In this document: piece by piece, positions 46,393 to 55,372 of the stretch
How the letters are laid out: each line of letters starts with the position of its first letter
Numbering within the stretch: the first letter of the stretch is position 1
Translations under genes and position numbers: made by a program
Assembly: GCA_030684405.1 (NCBI GenBank)
Contig: JAUXYA010000029.1
Span: forward strand, 19,147 to 83,146
Length of the DNA stretch: 64,000 bases
Reading direction: 5' to 3'
Origin: Burkholderiales bacterium
Lineage (GTDB): Bacteria > Pseudomonadota > Gammaproteobacteria > Burkholderiales > SG8-41
The notes under the pieces: generated by a model
What the model saw: only the letters and a program-made list of their open reading frames with translations
The model's database searches: none
What the model was told of the DNA's origin: nothing

Positions 46393-47943
46393 TCAGTTTT
46401 TGGGGGCGACGTACGGAAAGCGTTTTCTGGCTTTGATGTCACTCGCCTTGGCGCTGCGCACATAGCGCGTATCGTCGTCGAAGCGTGCTTTGAATGACCA
46501 GTTCACGGGCATGCCAGCTCCCGCGGTTACCTTCTGGATGAAAAGCCGGCGGCGCTGGCTGCGCAGGATGTCGGCGGTGACCTTGTCGGGATCCCAATCC
46601 TTGAGAACATGTGCCAACAGGCGCTGTTCGACGTCCGCCACCGATTTCTGTCCTGACAGGTTATGGAGTTCATGCGGGTCATCACCCATATGGTAGAGCT
46701 GGCTGCCGTGACCATGAACATAAATGTATTTGTATGGCCCCTGTCTTGCCATGCGGCAGGGCGCCAGCACGCCGTCAGCAGTGTACTCGCTGAGCACCAG
46801 ATCATTCCATGCTTCCGGCACCTTTCCTTCAAGCAGTGGCACCAGGCTTGTACCGTCAGGCTCATCGACGTATTCCTGTTTTGTACCCGTGCTGCCGAGG
46901 TCCAGTAACGTGGGCAGCAGATCGATCAGAGACACGACCTGCGGGCAACGGCGTGGGGCGTAGCGCCCCGGCGCACTGACGATCATGGGAACCCGGCACG
47001 ACCATTCATAGAACGTAGACTTGAACCACATGCCGCGTTCGCCCATCATTTCGCCGTGATCGCCGACAAAGATCACCACAGTATTGCGATCCAGTTCCGT
47101 TTGACGCATCGCCTCCATGATGCGCCCGACCTTGTCGTCGATATAGCTGATCATTCCGTAGTAGGCGTGCCGCGCATTGCGCACCAGATCATCAGTAATC
47201 ACATATTGATCGCTGCGCCTGGCCTGCTCCAGCCACCGCGTCTGCATGTCCTGTTCTGCCTCTGCCAGCGGACCTACTGCAGGCATGTCTATGTCTTCAT
47301 CCCGATAGCGCTGCCAATGCTCCAGCGGGGCGGTAAAAGGCGCATGGGGGTGAGTAAAAGATACGGTCAGAAAAAACGGCTGTTGCTCCTGAGTGCGGGC
47401 CAAATCATGGATTTTCTGTATCGCACAGTGCTCGACCTCGTCATCGTAGTCAATCTGCAGGCTGCGTATGCAATGGCCGGCATCAAGCACTGTTTTCAGG
47501 GTGGCGCCTGCCGGGCTGCTCGGAACGGTTTCCGACCAGTCGGCCGTCAGGGCAAAATCAGCCCCGATGATGTCGGTAGTCAGCCGCTCATGGTAACCGT
47601 GCAACTGGTCCGGCCCGATGAAATGCATCTTGCCGCAAAGACTGGTGTGGTAACCGAGCGCGCGGAGGTAGTGTGGCAGTGTGACCCAAGACGCTGAAAA
47701 CTCCGCAGCATTGTCGTATGCACCTACACGTGTCGCGTAGAGCCCTGTCATCATGGAGAACCGGCTGGGCCCGCATACCGGGAAATTGCAGTAGGCCGCG
47801 TCAAACACAACGCCACTCGAAGCCAGCGATTCCAGGTGTGGAGTCTTGACAATCGGGTGTCCGTATACAGGCAGTGCAGGGGCGGCGATCTGGTCCGCCA
47901 TCACCAGCAGGATATTGGGTCGATTCTGATTTGTGCTCTTCAT
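46393..47943 (-). CDS. betC: choline-sulfatase-type (BetC-like) Cys-type sulfatase, no signal peptide
   Basis: NILLVMADQ, the CGPSR formylglycine motif, GKMHFIGPDQLHGYHERLTTDI and LTVSFTHPHAPF; 516 aa. It resembles S. meliloti BetC as I recall it. Confidence 0.75.
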   Translation of the reverse strand: MKSTNQNRPNILLVMADQIAAPALPVYGHPIVKTPHLESLASSGVVFDAAYCNFPVCGPSRFSMMTGLYATRVGAYDNAAEFSASWVTLPHYLRALGYHTSLCGKMHFIGPDQLHGYHERLTTDIIGADFALTADWSETVPSSPAGATLKTVLDAGHCIRSLQIDYDDEVEHCAIQKIHDLARTQEQQPFFLTVSFTHPHAPFTAPLEHWQRYRDEDIDMPAVGPLAEAEQDMQTRWLEQARRSDQYVITDDLVRNARHAYYGMISYIDDKVGRIMEAMRQTELDRNTVVIFVGDHGEMMGERGMWFKSTFYEWSCRVPMIVSAPGRYAPRRCPQVVSLIDLLPTLLDLGSTGTKQEYVDEPDGTSLVPLLEGKVPEAWNDLVLSEYTADGVLAPCRMARQGPYKYIYVHGHGSQLYHMGDDPHELHNLSGQKSVADVEQRLLAHVLKDWDPDKVTADILRSQRRRLFIQKVTAGAGMPVNWSFKARFDDDTRYVRSAKASDIKARKRFPYVAPKN

Positions 47944-47952
47944 TCTCTGGCC

Positions 47953-48915
47953 TCAGTTGATCTTGATGTCGGCCACCTTCACCAGCTTTCCGTAGCGCTC
48001 ATATTCCTCGGCCACCAGCTGGCGGAACTTATCCTGACTCATGGTCAGTGGTTCCACGCCTCGTCGCAGCATGTCCGCGCGCGCATCCGGCGTGTCGATG
48101 ACCTTGTTGATTTCGCTGTTGAGCTTTCTCACCAGGGTCGCTGGAACTTTTGCGGGCGCAAATATTCCGAACCAGTTGCCAGCGGTGAACCCGGGCAACC
48201 CCGCCTCGCCGATAGTCGGCAGATCTGGAAGCAGTGCGGAACGTTCCGGACTGCCCACTGCCAGCGCACGTAGCCGGCCTGCCTTCAGCTGTGGCAACGT
48301 GGTGATCGCGGCATCAAACAGGACATGAATCTGGCCGGAAATCAGATCAACCATGGCCGGTCCGGCGCCCTTGTACGGCACATGCACCAGATCGATTCCA
48401 GCAGTGTGCTTGAACATCTCGCCCACCATATGGGTGGTCGTCCCGTTGCCCGCGGATCCGATATTCAGTGTTCCCGGTTTGGATTTTGCCAACGCGATCA
48501 GGTCTTTTACCGAGCGGGCATCGACCTTGGGATTGACATTCAACACGAAGGTCACACGCGTAAACGGCGCAATCGGAACAAAATCCCTGCGCGTGTCGTA
48601 GGGCAATTTGGCGGACAGGTGGGGGGTGATGGCAAACGCCGCTGCGCTGCCTAGCAACAGCGTGTACCCGTCCGGTGCTGCCTTGGCAACCAGGTCCGTG
48701 CCGATAATGCCTCCGGCGCTCGGTCTGTTGTCGACAATTACCACCTGCCCAAGCGATTCGCCGAGCCGCTGCGCCAGCAGCCGCGCCAGAACGTCGCTGG
48801 CGCCGCCCGGCGCAAACGCGACGATGAGCCTGATCGGTTTGGTGGGGTACTGCTGGGCTGAAGCCGACGCGGCAAGCAGAAAACTTCCGATGATGCACAA
48901 CAGTAATTGGCGCAT
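47953..48915 (-). CDS. Bug-family (TctC-like) substrate-binding protein
   Basis: Signal peptide followed by YPTKPIRLIVAFAPGGASDVLARL...DNRPSAGG...PDGYT. Its stop lies 9 nt upstream of the sulfatase start. Confidence 0.9.
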   Translation of the reverse strand: MRQLLLCIIGSFLLAASASAQQYPTKPIRLIVAFAPGGASDVLARLLAQRLGESLGQVVIVDNRPSAGGIIGTDLVAKAAPDGYTLLLGSAAAFAITPHLSAKLPYDTRRDFVPIAPFTRVTFVLNVNPKVDARSVKDLIALAKSKPGTLNIGSAGNGTTTHMVGEMFKHTAGIDLVHVPYKGAGPAMVDLISGQIHVLFDAAITTLPQLKAGRLRALAVGSPERSALLPDLPTIGEAGLPGFTAGNWFGIFAPAKVPATLVRKLNSEINKVIDTPDARADMLRRGVEPLTMSQDKFRQLVAEEYERYGKLVKVADIKIN

Positions 48916-48976
48916 ATTTCCTCGCTTTTGTGTTTTTTGTCAGGATGCAAAATGCTGTAGATCAGCCGACTTGAAA

Positions 48977-50212
48977 TCAGTCTGTTGCGTGGTGCAGCAT
49001 GGCATGGGGTACCAGATTCATTTCTCCGATCCGCCGCAGCGCTGGATCGTCCATCGCTTTCAGCAGCCTGCGCAGCTCGATATGAAGGCGCCCGGCCGCC
49101 GTATCCCCGAAAAACCAGTTATCCACGGCGATGCCGGTAGCACGCCCCGGCCGGGCGAGTGCGGCCTGGTAGTAATAATGTTTAAGATCATCAGCACACA
49201 GCTTGATCGCACGCGCCATCGGCTCTCCCGTCACGAAAGACGGGATACCCTGATTGTGCAGATACGAGAAAAGGTGATCGGCAATCTGCCTGGGAGACAA
49301 AGTGGTCAGACCATCCAGCCGCCTGCCCTTCTGCCGCCGCACCGATTCCTCGTACCACGGTTGCAGCAGAACAATCTCCTGATGCAGGCGCTGCCGGAAT
49401 GCTTCCGGGCTGTCGGGTGCAACTTTCGGGCCGCTGAAGTTTACCGGGCACACCCAGCCTTGCTGGTCGTCTGGCGTGTCCGTTGCGACATCGGGTGCTG
49501 ACTCCGGAAAGTCTTCGATCAGAGGGCCATCGCAACGTTCCAGCAGGCGCAGCGCGGCTGTCAGTACCCGCCGCTGAAAATCCGGCGAGTCGGGTGCGCC
49601 GAAGGGGCGACCAAACTGGAAAGGCACGTGCAGCGCACGCGGCGGCTTCATCTGCGTGATGTGCTCGCGGACCAGACTCACCACGACGGTCGGTATGCCC
49701 TGGCGCTCGATGAAATGTGCAAGCCCGCTCACGGCGCGCGTGCACTGCGGTCAGACCCCGGCAAGGACGACACCGTTTACCTTGTCCTCCAGCAACAGTC
49801 CGGCGATGTCGAGTGCCACGGCCTGATGCGCATCAGGTGGCGTGGCCCCCATGAATGCGTAGTGGTAACCCGCAATGCTGTCTATGAAGCCATCGACGGC
49901 AAGGTCCCGCAGACGATCAATGGGAAACACCACATTGAGATCTTGCTGAAATCCCGTCCGGTCGAAGTTGCTCGAGATGTGGCTCATGATCAGCTCATCC
50001 GCCCCGGTATCGGCTGGAATGATGCGATATTCGCCAACGCCCAGTGCAAACGGCTGGTCAGTGCGCCTGTGCAATCCGGAGGTCGTGATGATGGCGATAC
50101 GCCGTTGCGCCAGCGGTGGGCCCGTGCGGCATTCCGTGGATCCGTAAGCAGGCAGTTCCTGGCTCAGGATGCGGTCGCGGGCAGCTTGCCCCATGTCGTG
50201 CAGGTACACCAT
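48977..50212 (-). CDS. PrdB/GrdB (reductase selenoprotein B) family protein with in-frame TGA (candidate selenoprotein, 411 codons)
   Basis: Track ORFs 49751..50212 and 48977..49732 are in the same frame. The TGA at 49751-49753 is the only interruption. The junction reads VVLAGV-[TGA]-PQCTRAVSGLAHFIERQGIPTVVV. An AGGAGGA RBS lies upstream of the ATG at 50212. Confidence 0.65.
49717..49745 (-). promoter_or_regulatory. SECIS-like bulged hairpin starting 6 nt after the in-frame UGA
   Basis: GUGCA...UGCAC outer stem. The inner stem GC-(G bulge)-CCG pairs with CGGGC, with a UGAG loop. Confidence 0.35.
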
Positions 50213-50346
50213 ACTGATCCTCCTCTTACCATATATTGATGTTTTTTCGGTTATTGCCTAAGCGTATTACGTATAGCGATGCTAGACATAGCAACTGCTG
50301 CTGTGACTGTAATCATCAGCCCCCACAGTGAGAGAGGGTAGCCTCT

Positions 50347-51333
50347 TCACTGCATCCCGAATGTATAGCGGCTGCCGACGTTCGAATACACCACCCGGTC
50401 CGGCATCTGCTGGCGCAGCATGTCGATGAAACGCTCGCCGGTGCAGTGCATCGGCACGATCACGTCGGGGTTGATCGCCTGCAGCTCTTTCAGCGTGTGC
50501 TGCAGGTAATCCACGTGCGAAGGGCCGAGATGGAAACCGCCCATCACCGCATGCACCTTGTCGACGTTGGCGGCCTTCATTGCGCTCCGCACCGTGTTGA
50601 TGATGCCGGTATGACCGCAGGATGAGATTACCACCAGGCCCTTGCCCTTGACGATGTAGCAGGTGGCGTGTTCGTCGGGGTGGGTGTCCTTGACCAGATT
50701 GCCTGCGCGTTCGGCCTCGGTGAAATGATCGTCCACCACCAGCGAGCCGCCGGTGACCGTCTCGAAGGACTCACGCTCGATGTAGCCCGAGGTGAAGGCA
50801 CCGTCCAGCGCCTGCGGCTGCGGGCAGCACACCGGCATCACCTTCTGCGCCTCCAGCGCCGCGCGGTCAAGCGTGCACCAGGGCATCGGATCGCCGCCTT
50901 CCTTGATCCACTTGGTGCGGAACACCGTCTCGCCGCCGACGTAGAGCGCGATGTCGTCGCGCATCCGGCCGCGGTGCTGTTTTATGAAACCCTGCAGCCC
51001 GCCGAAGTGGTCAAGGTGGCCGTGGGAGAGGATCAGGCCGTTGATCTTGGAGGGCTCGATGTTCAGCAGTTCGAAATTGCGATTGATGATCTCCGGCGTG
51101 TAACCGAAGTCGAGCACGTACTGCGCCTTCGCGCCGTCCTTCTCCGAGGCGAGGTGCAGCGACAGTCCCCACTCGCAGGCGAAGGTGCTCTCCGGCCGGC
51201 CGTAGATGCGGCCAACGTGTTCGATCTGTACATGCGGGTGGTTCATGCGCGGCAGGAAACGCTCGTAGCGGGAATCGACGAGGACGCGCACGGTGAGAGC
51301 ATCGACGACGGGGGCGGTGAAGGGTGTGGCCAT
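50347..51333 (-). CDS. MBL-fold metallo-hydrolase (COG1237-like)
   Basis: LILSHGHLDHFGGL (HxHxDH), ...VVISSCGHTGIINTV..., GGFHL and PMHCTG. Confidence 0.85.
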   Translation of the reverse strand: MATPFTAPVVDALTVRVLVDSRYERFLPRMNHPHVQIEHVGRIYGRPESTFACEWGLSLHLASEKDGAKAQYVLDFGYTPEIINRNFELLNIEPSKINGLILSHGHLDHFGGLQGFIKQHRGRMRDDIALYVGGETVFRTKWIKEGGDPMPWCTLDRAALEAQKVMPVCCPQPQALDGAFTSGYIERESFETVTGGSLVVDDHFTEAERAGNLVKDTHPDEHATCYIVKGKGLVVISSCGHTGIINTVRSAMKAANVDKVHAVMGGFHLGPSHVDYLQHTLKELQAINPDVIVPMHCTGERFIDMLRQQMPDRVVYSNVGSRYTFGMQ

Positions 51334-51518
51334 GGTGTGTTTTTCCTCCGGACGAACAAGAAAAGAAGCGGGAAGCAGAAAATAAATCAGGGAGCAGGGC
51401 TCCAGGCCAATAGCTTTTTACGGCAGAGCCTGGCATCGCCGGACAGGTTTATGTGCTTCTACCCGCGCGGTGCCGGTCCTGCTGGTCTCCTCAGCTCCTC
51501 AAGGCCGGGTACGCCTGC

Positions 51519-53489
51519 TCAGTTGAGGGGCCAGGGCATTTCGACAACGGATTGCAACAGGCCAGTCGGGTATTGCAGCACGAACAAATGCCCGAATAGA
51601 CTCATGACCACGATTGCGGCCAGTGCGCTGGCGATGGCCCGGGACCAGCGCACGCCGGCTTTCACCCTCAAAAAAGCCGCGATGTAGATAAATACGCCGA
51701 GGATGAAACCGAGCAGGCCGATCGCCGCCAGCAGTGCCAGTATCCAGCCCTGGAAATGCAGATCGCCATGGACAGGCCGGTTGTCGCCGCCCCAGTCGCG
51801 CTCGCTGTCGAAGAACACGTAGTCGGGCCGCTTGCGGCTGAACAGCGCCACGGCAGCGATCAGCAGCGTCAGGGTGATCAGTGTCACCGCGACCGGAAAT
51901 ACCTTGCCCAGAAACTGGAGATTCCAGGTGTCGTAGATAGCGTACAGGCAGATCGCGATCAGCATCCCCAGAAACACGGCCTGCGGCGCCTTGTGGATCG
52001 GGGCATGCGGCCCTGTTGCCGTGAGCGGGTCGCGCTGCACCTTCATGCGCAGTGCGAGGTAGACGGAGACGGCAATCAGCGCCAGGATCAGCAGCACGCC
52101 ACCGCGCTGGAGGAAAGAAGCGCCGTAGACCTGGATTGACTGGTAGACGGAGGCATCCAGGCGCATCGACAGCACGAAGCCGATCAGGAAGGCCGGCCGC
52201 GACCAGCCGAAGCGTTTCATGTACATCCCGAAAATGCCGAGCACGAACAGGGCGATCAGATCATCCCAGTCACGCGTGGCCTGAAACGCCGCGAAGTAGA
52301 CGATGACGATCATGAAGGGTGCCACCAGCAGGAAAGGCACCAGCGTTATGCGCGAAATCGGCCGCGCCAGCACCAGGCAGATTCCTGCACCGATGACATT
52401 GGCGATGGCCAGCGACCAGATAATGATAAAAGTCAGGTCGAGATGGCGCTCCATCATGCCGATTCCCGGCTCCACGCCGATCAGGATGAGTGCGCCAAGA
52501 AACAGCGCCATGCTGCCGGACCCGGGGATGCCGAACATCAGCGTGGGGATCAGGGCGCCGCCGTTGTCCGCATTGTTGGATGCTTCCGGACCGATCACTC
52601 CGCGGATGTCGCCCTTGCCGAACTGCGAGCGGTCTTTCGCGGACTGCATGGCGTGGGCGTAGGCCACCCAGTTGGTGACCGCGCCGCCGAGGCCCGGCAG
52701 TGCGCCGATGAACACACCGAGCGCGGAACAACGCAGCACCAACCACTTGTGCTTGAGCGTTTCGCGGAATCCCTGGAACGTGCCGGCGCCGAGTTCGGGG
52801 ATGGACGAAATGCTCGTCCGCTTGCGCATGACTTCCACGATCTCGGGGATCGCGAACATGGCGAGGCCGACGATCACCAGCGGCAGGCCGTCGCTGAGGT
52901 AAAGCGTGTCGAAGGTCAGGCGCTCTTCCGCGGTGGCCGGTGCCGCGCCGATGCTGCCGAACAAGAGGCCCATGCCGCACATGATCAGGCCCTTGATCGC
53001 GCTGGTTCCCGTCAGCATGCCGACCATCGTCAGCGCGAGCACGACCAGCATCAGCTGCTCGCCGAATCCCACGGCCAGTATCAGCGGCCGCGCGAACTGG
53101 ATGGCCAGGGTCAGCATCAGCGCGCCGAACAGCCCGCCGAGCAGCGAAGCGGAGAAGGCGGCGCCCAGCGCGCGGGCGGCCTCGCCTTTGCGCGCGAGCG
53201 GGTGACCGTCCATGATGGTCGCCTGGGCGCTCGAGGTGCCCGGGATGCCTATCAGCACGGCGGGGAAGGTATCCGAGGTGTTGGTGACGGCAAGCAGGCC
53301 GATCATCATCGGCAGCACCAGCGTCGGATCGCCGCCGTAGACGAAGGGCAGCAGCAGTGACAGCGCGGCGATGCCGCCGAGGCCCGGCAATATGCCGACC
53401 ACCAGGCCGAGCAGCACCCCGCCCAAAAGAAAGAGCAGGTGCTGCACGCTGATCAGCGTGGACAGCGCCTGCAGGAGGTCAGCTTGCAT
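51519..53489 (-). CDS. tctA: tripartite tricarboxylate transporter permease TctA with a C-terminal TctB-like four-helix extension (fusion)
   Basis: The first ~495 aa are TctA-like (ILPGLGG..., GALPGLGG..., IPGSGS). A further ~160 aa carry four hydrophobic helices where a separate TctB gene would normally be. Confidence 0.85.
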   Translation of the reverse strand: MQADLLQALSTLISVQHLLFLLGGVLLGLVVGILPGLGGIAALSLLLPFVYGGDPTLVLPMMIGLLAVTNTSDTFPAVLIGIPGTSSAQATIMDGHPLARKGEAARALGAAFSASLLGGLFGALMLTLAIQFARPLILAVGFGEQLMLVVLALTMVGMLTGTSAIKGLIMCGMGLLFGSIGAAPATAEERLTFDTLYLSDGLPLVIVGLAMFAIPEIVEVMRKRTSISSIPELGAGTFQGFRETLKHKWLVLRCSALGVFIGALPGLGGAVTNWVAYAHAMQSAKDRSQFGKGDIRGVIGPEASNNADNGGALIPTLMFGIPGSGSMALFLGALILIGVEPGIGMMERHLDLTFIIIWSLAIANVIGAGICLVLARPISRITLVPFLLVAPFMIVIVYFAAFQATRDWDDLIALFVLGIFGMYMKRFGWSRPAFLIGFVLSMRLDASVYQSIQVYGASFLQRGGVLLILALIAVSVYLALRMKVQRDPLTATGPHAPIHKAPQAVFLGMLIAICLYAIYDTWNLQFLGKVFPVAVTLITLTLLIAAVALFSRKRPDYVFFDSERDWGGDNRPVHGDLHFQGWILALLAAIGLLGFILGVFIYIAAFLRVKAGVRWSRAIASALAAIVVMSLFGHLFVLQYPTGLLQSVVEMPWPLN

Positions 53490-53517
53490 TTATGCGATCG
53501 CGATGCCGATACTCGTG

Positions 53518-54615
53518 TTACTCGATCGTGACGTTGTGATCTGTCTTGAAATAGTTTTTGAGCCAGGCCCAAGCCTCGGGCTTGAAGGAGGTGGCGTCCT
53601 TGATGATGGGCCTTGCGGCCTCACCGATGAACTGCGGATAACCTTCGATGATCTGCCCGGCCTGCTTCTCGAACTCCGGATCCTTCAGAATATTGGATAC
53701 CGCCGTGCGCCAGGCTTCGACGATCGGCCGCGGCGTGCCCGCGGGCAGGAAAATGCCCTTGTTGAGCATGGTCATCATCTTGTTGACCGATTGCCAGGCG
53801 TCGAAGGCGGGCCCGGAGGGCTTCTTGCCGAACATCAGCTCGTAGGCTTCGCCGACGTGGGGCAGGTCGGGCGCGTTCGGATCGCGAATGAGCGTGCCCT
53901 TGGCGTCGGTGATGCCCATCGTGTACAGCGGCACCGCCTTGCCGGCCGTGACCAGCTTGGAAGCGGCTCCCTGGTAGCCGGGCATCGAATCGTAATTGAT
54001 GTTCAGCTCGTTACGCTCGAAGGCGAGTCGAACAGGGCCGCGGTTCATGCCCCAAACATACTTGGGCTTGAGGCCGAGCAGTTCGAAGCTGATTACGGTG
54101 CGCGCCTCTCCTGCGCTCGCGCTTTGCCCGCCGAAGACCAGCGGCTGGCCCTTGAGCTTGGCGATGTCCTTGGGACTGCGCAGGCCGAGTGCGGGTGTGG
54201 AATACACGACTGCGCCCTGTGGCGACAGCAGCACCGGAATCCATTTGTCCAGCTCGAACTTCACCCGCGAGCGCTCGAACACGAAACTGCCGACGGTGGT
54301 GGCCGAGATCACGATGGCATGGGTGCCGTCTGCTACCGCGCGTTCCTGGAAACGGTTGGCGCCGGGAATCGAGCGCGCACCGGGAACATTGAGCACGATG
54401 ATGCTGGGATTACCCGGCAGGTGTTTCTCAAGGAAAGGCTGCAGCGCGCGGATATAGACGTCCGAACCGCCACCCGGCGCGAACGGCACGGTTACCAGGA
54501 TGCGCTTGCCGGAGAAATCGACCTTCTGCGCAGAGGCCTGTGTTGCTGGCAGCAGGGCTGCGCAGGCAACGGTACCCAGCGCAACGATTTTTTTCAACGA
54601 AAAATGCAGACTCAT
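53518..54615 (-). CDS. divergent TctC-like periplasmic substrate-binding protein (365 aa)
   Basis: Signal peptide followed by ILVTVPFAPGGGSDVYIRAL...NVPGARSIPGANRF...ADGTHA. This keeps the Bug core pattern but is longer and more divergent. Confidence 0.65.
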   Translation of the reverse strand: MSLHFSLKKIVALGTVACAALLPATQASAQKVDFSGKRILVTVPFAPGGGSDVYIRALQPFLEKHLPGNPSIIVLNVPGARSIPGANRFQERAVADGTHAIVISATTVGSFVFERSRVKFELDKWIPVLLSPQGAVVYSTPALGLRSPKDIAKLKGQPLVFGGQSASAGEARTVISFELLGLKPKYVWGMNRGPVRLAFERNELNINYDSMPGYQGAASKLVTAGKAVPLYTMGITDAKGTLIRDPNAPDLPHVGEAYELMFGKKPSGPAFDAWQSVNKMMTMLNKGIFLPAGTPRPIVEAWRTAVSNILKDPEFEKQAGQIIEGYPQFIGEAARPIIKDATSFKPEAWAWLKNYFKTDHNVTIE

Positions 54616-54829
54616 GTGTTTCTCCTCGATTCAATAGTGATGAATTGGATCAGCAGCAAAATGTGCAGCTGTCCTGACGCTCTGCGTCGTCTGAAAAGTC
54701 TTGTCGGTCAATGGCCGGGCCTCACTCTAGCCCGTGTCGTCCGGGGGGTCAATTGGCGCAAGGGCACAGTGCCGGAGGGCGAAAGTACAAGCCGTGGCAT
54801 CAAGCCTATCGCATGGCCGGTCAAGCACT

Positions 54830-55150
54830 CCGTTCTGCCGCCACATACCTGCAGGTCAAGTCGTTTGTGTGGTCGATCCTGCGGTGCCATGCGCACTTTT
54901 TTGGTGCCTTGGCAAACTTCCGAATACAGATCAGTGCGCGTACCGCTCGCTGGACTGAGCAAAAATCCCACTTCAAGTCCATCCCGCTGGATCGGCTCAA
55001 GGCAGATCGCACCTTCGTCAGCGGTCTGCTGCTCGAAGTGCGGCGGTCAAGACCTGATCAGGAGCGATTGATCCAGCGCGCCGAGTCCCTGTCGCGGGAC
55101 TCATCGCGCGGGCCCGGCATTTCTTACCCCCCCATCAGGGATCGCTGCGG
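54830..55150 (+). pseudogene. decayed EAL-domain (c-di-GMP phosphodiesterase) remnant
   Basis: The frame of track ORF 54711..55226 reads ...FRIQISARTARWTEQKSHFKSIPLDRLKADRTFVSGL...DQERLIQRAE...GPGISYPPI. This compares with the EAL consensus ...[32 protein letters not shown]...EEQLAFLR...QGYLFSRPLP. The catalytic blocks are lost and an internal segment is missing. Confidence 0.3.
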
Positions 55151-55372
55151 GCAATGGAGTTTCGCCAAAATTCTCGTTTGCTTGCGATATCAGGGGCTCA
55201 ATCTGCATTTATCTTGTTTGCCCTGAACTTGCTATCCTTTGGCCTGTGCCGATCCACGGTGACCGCCCAGCATAAGCGCCAAACAAAATATATCAATATA
55301 ATCAAATAGTTATAAACGACCGTGCATCGGCCCCACGCCGTCGTCCACCAGGCCTGGAGGAGAGAAGACCAT

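Noticed and set aside
50668-53360. Plus-strand ORFs 50668..51687 (339 aa) and 52443..53360 (305 aa)
   Set aside because: They are antisense to the MBL-fold gene and to tctA respectively. Their Arg/His/Gly-rich composition is typical of shadow frames.
53371-55071. 566-aa plus-strand ORF
   Set aside because: Most of it is antisense to the divergent TctC-like SBP gene (53518..54615). It has no family resemblance. Its 3' part merely runs into the intergenic EAL-remnant region.
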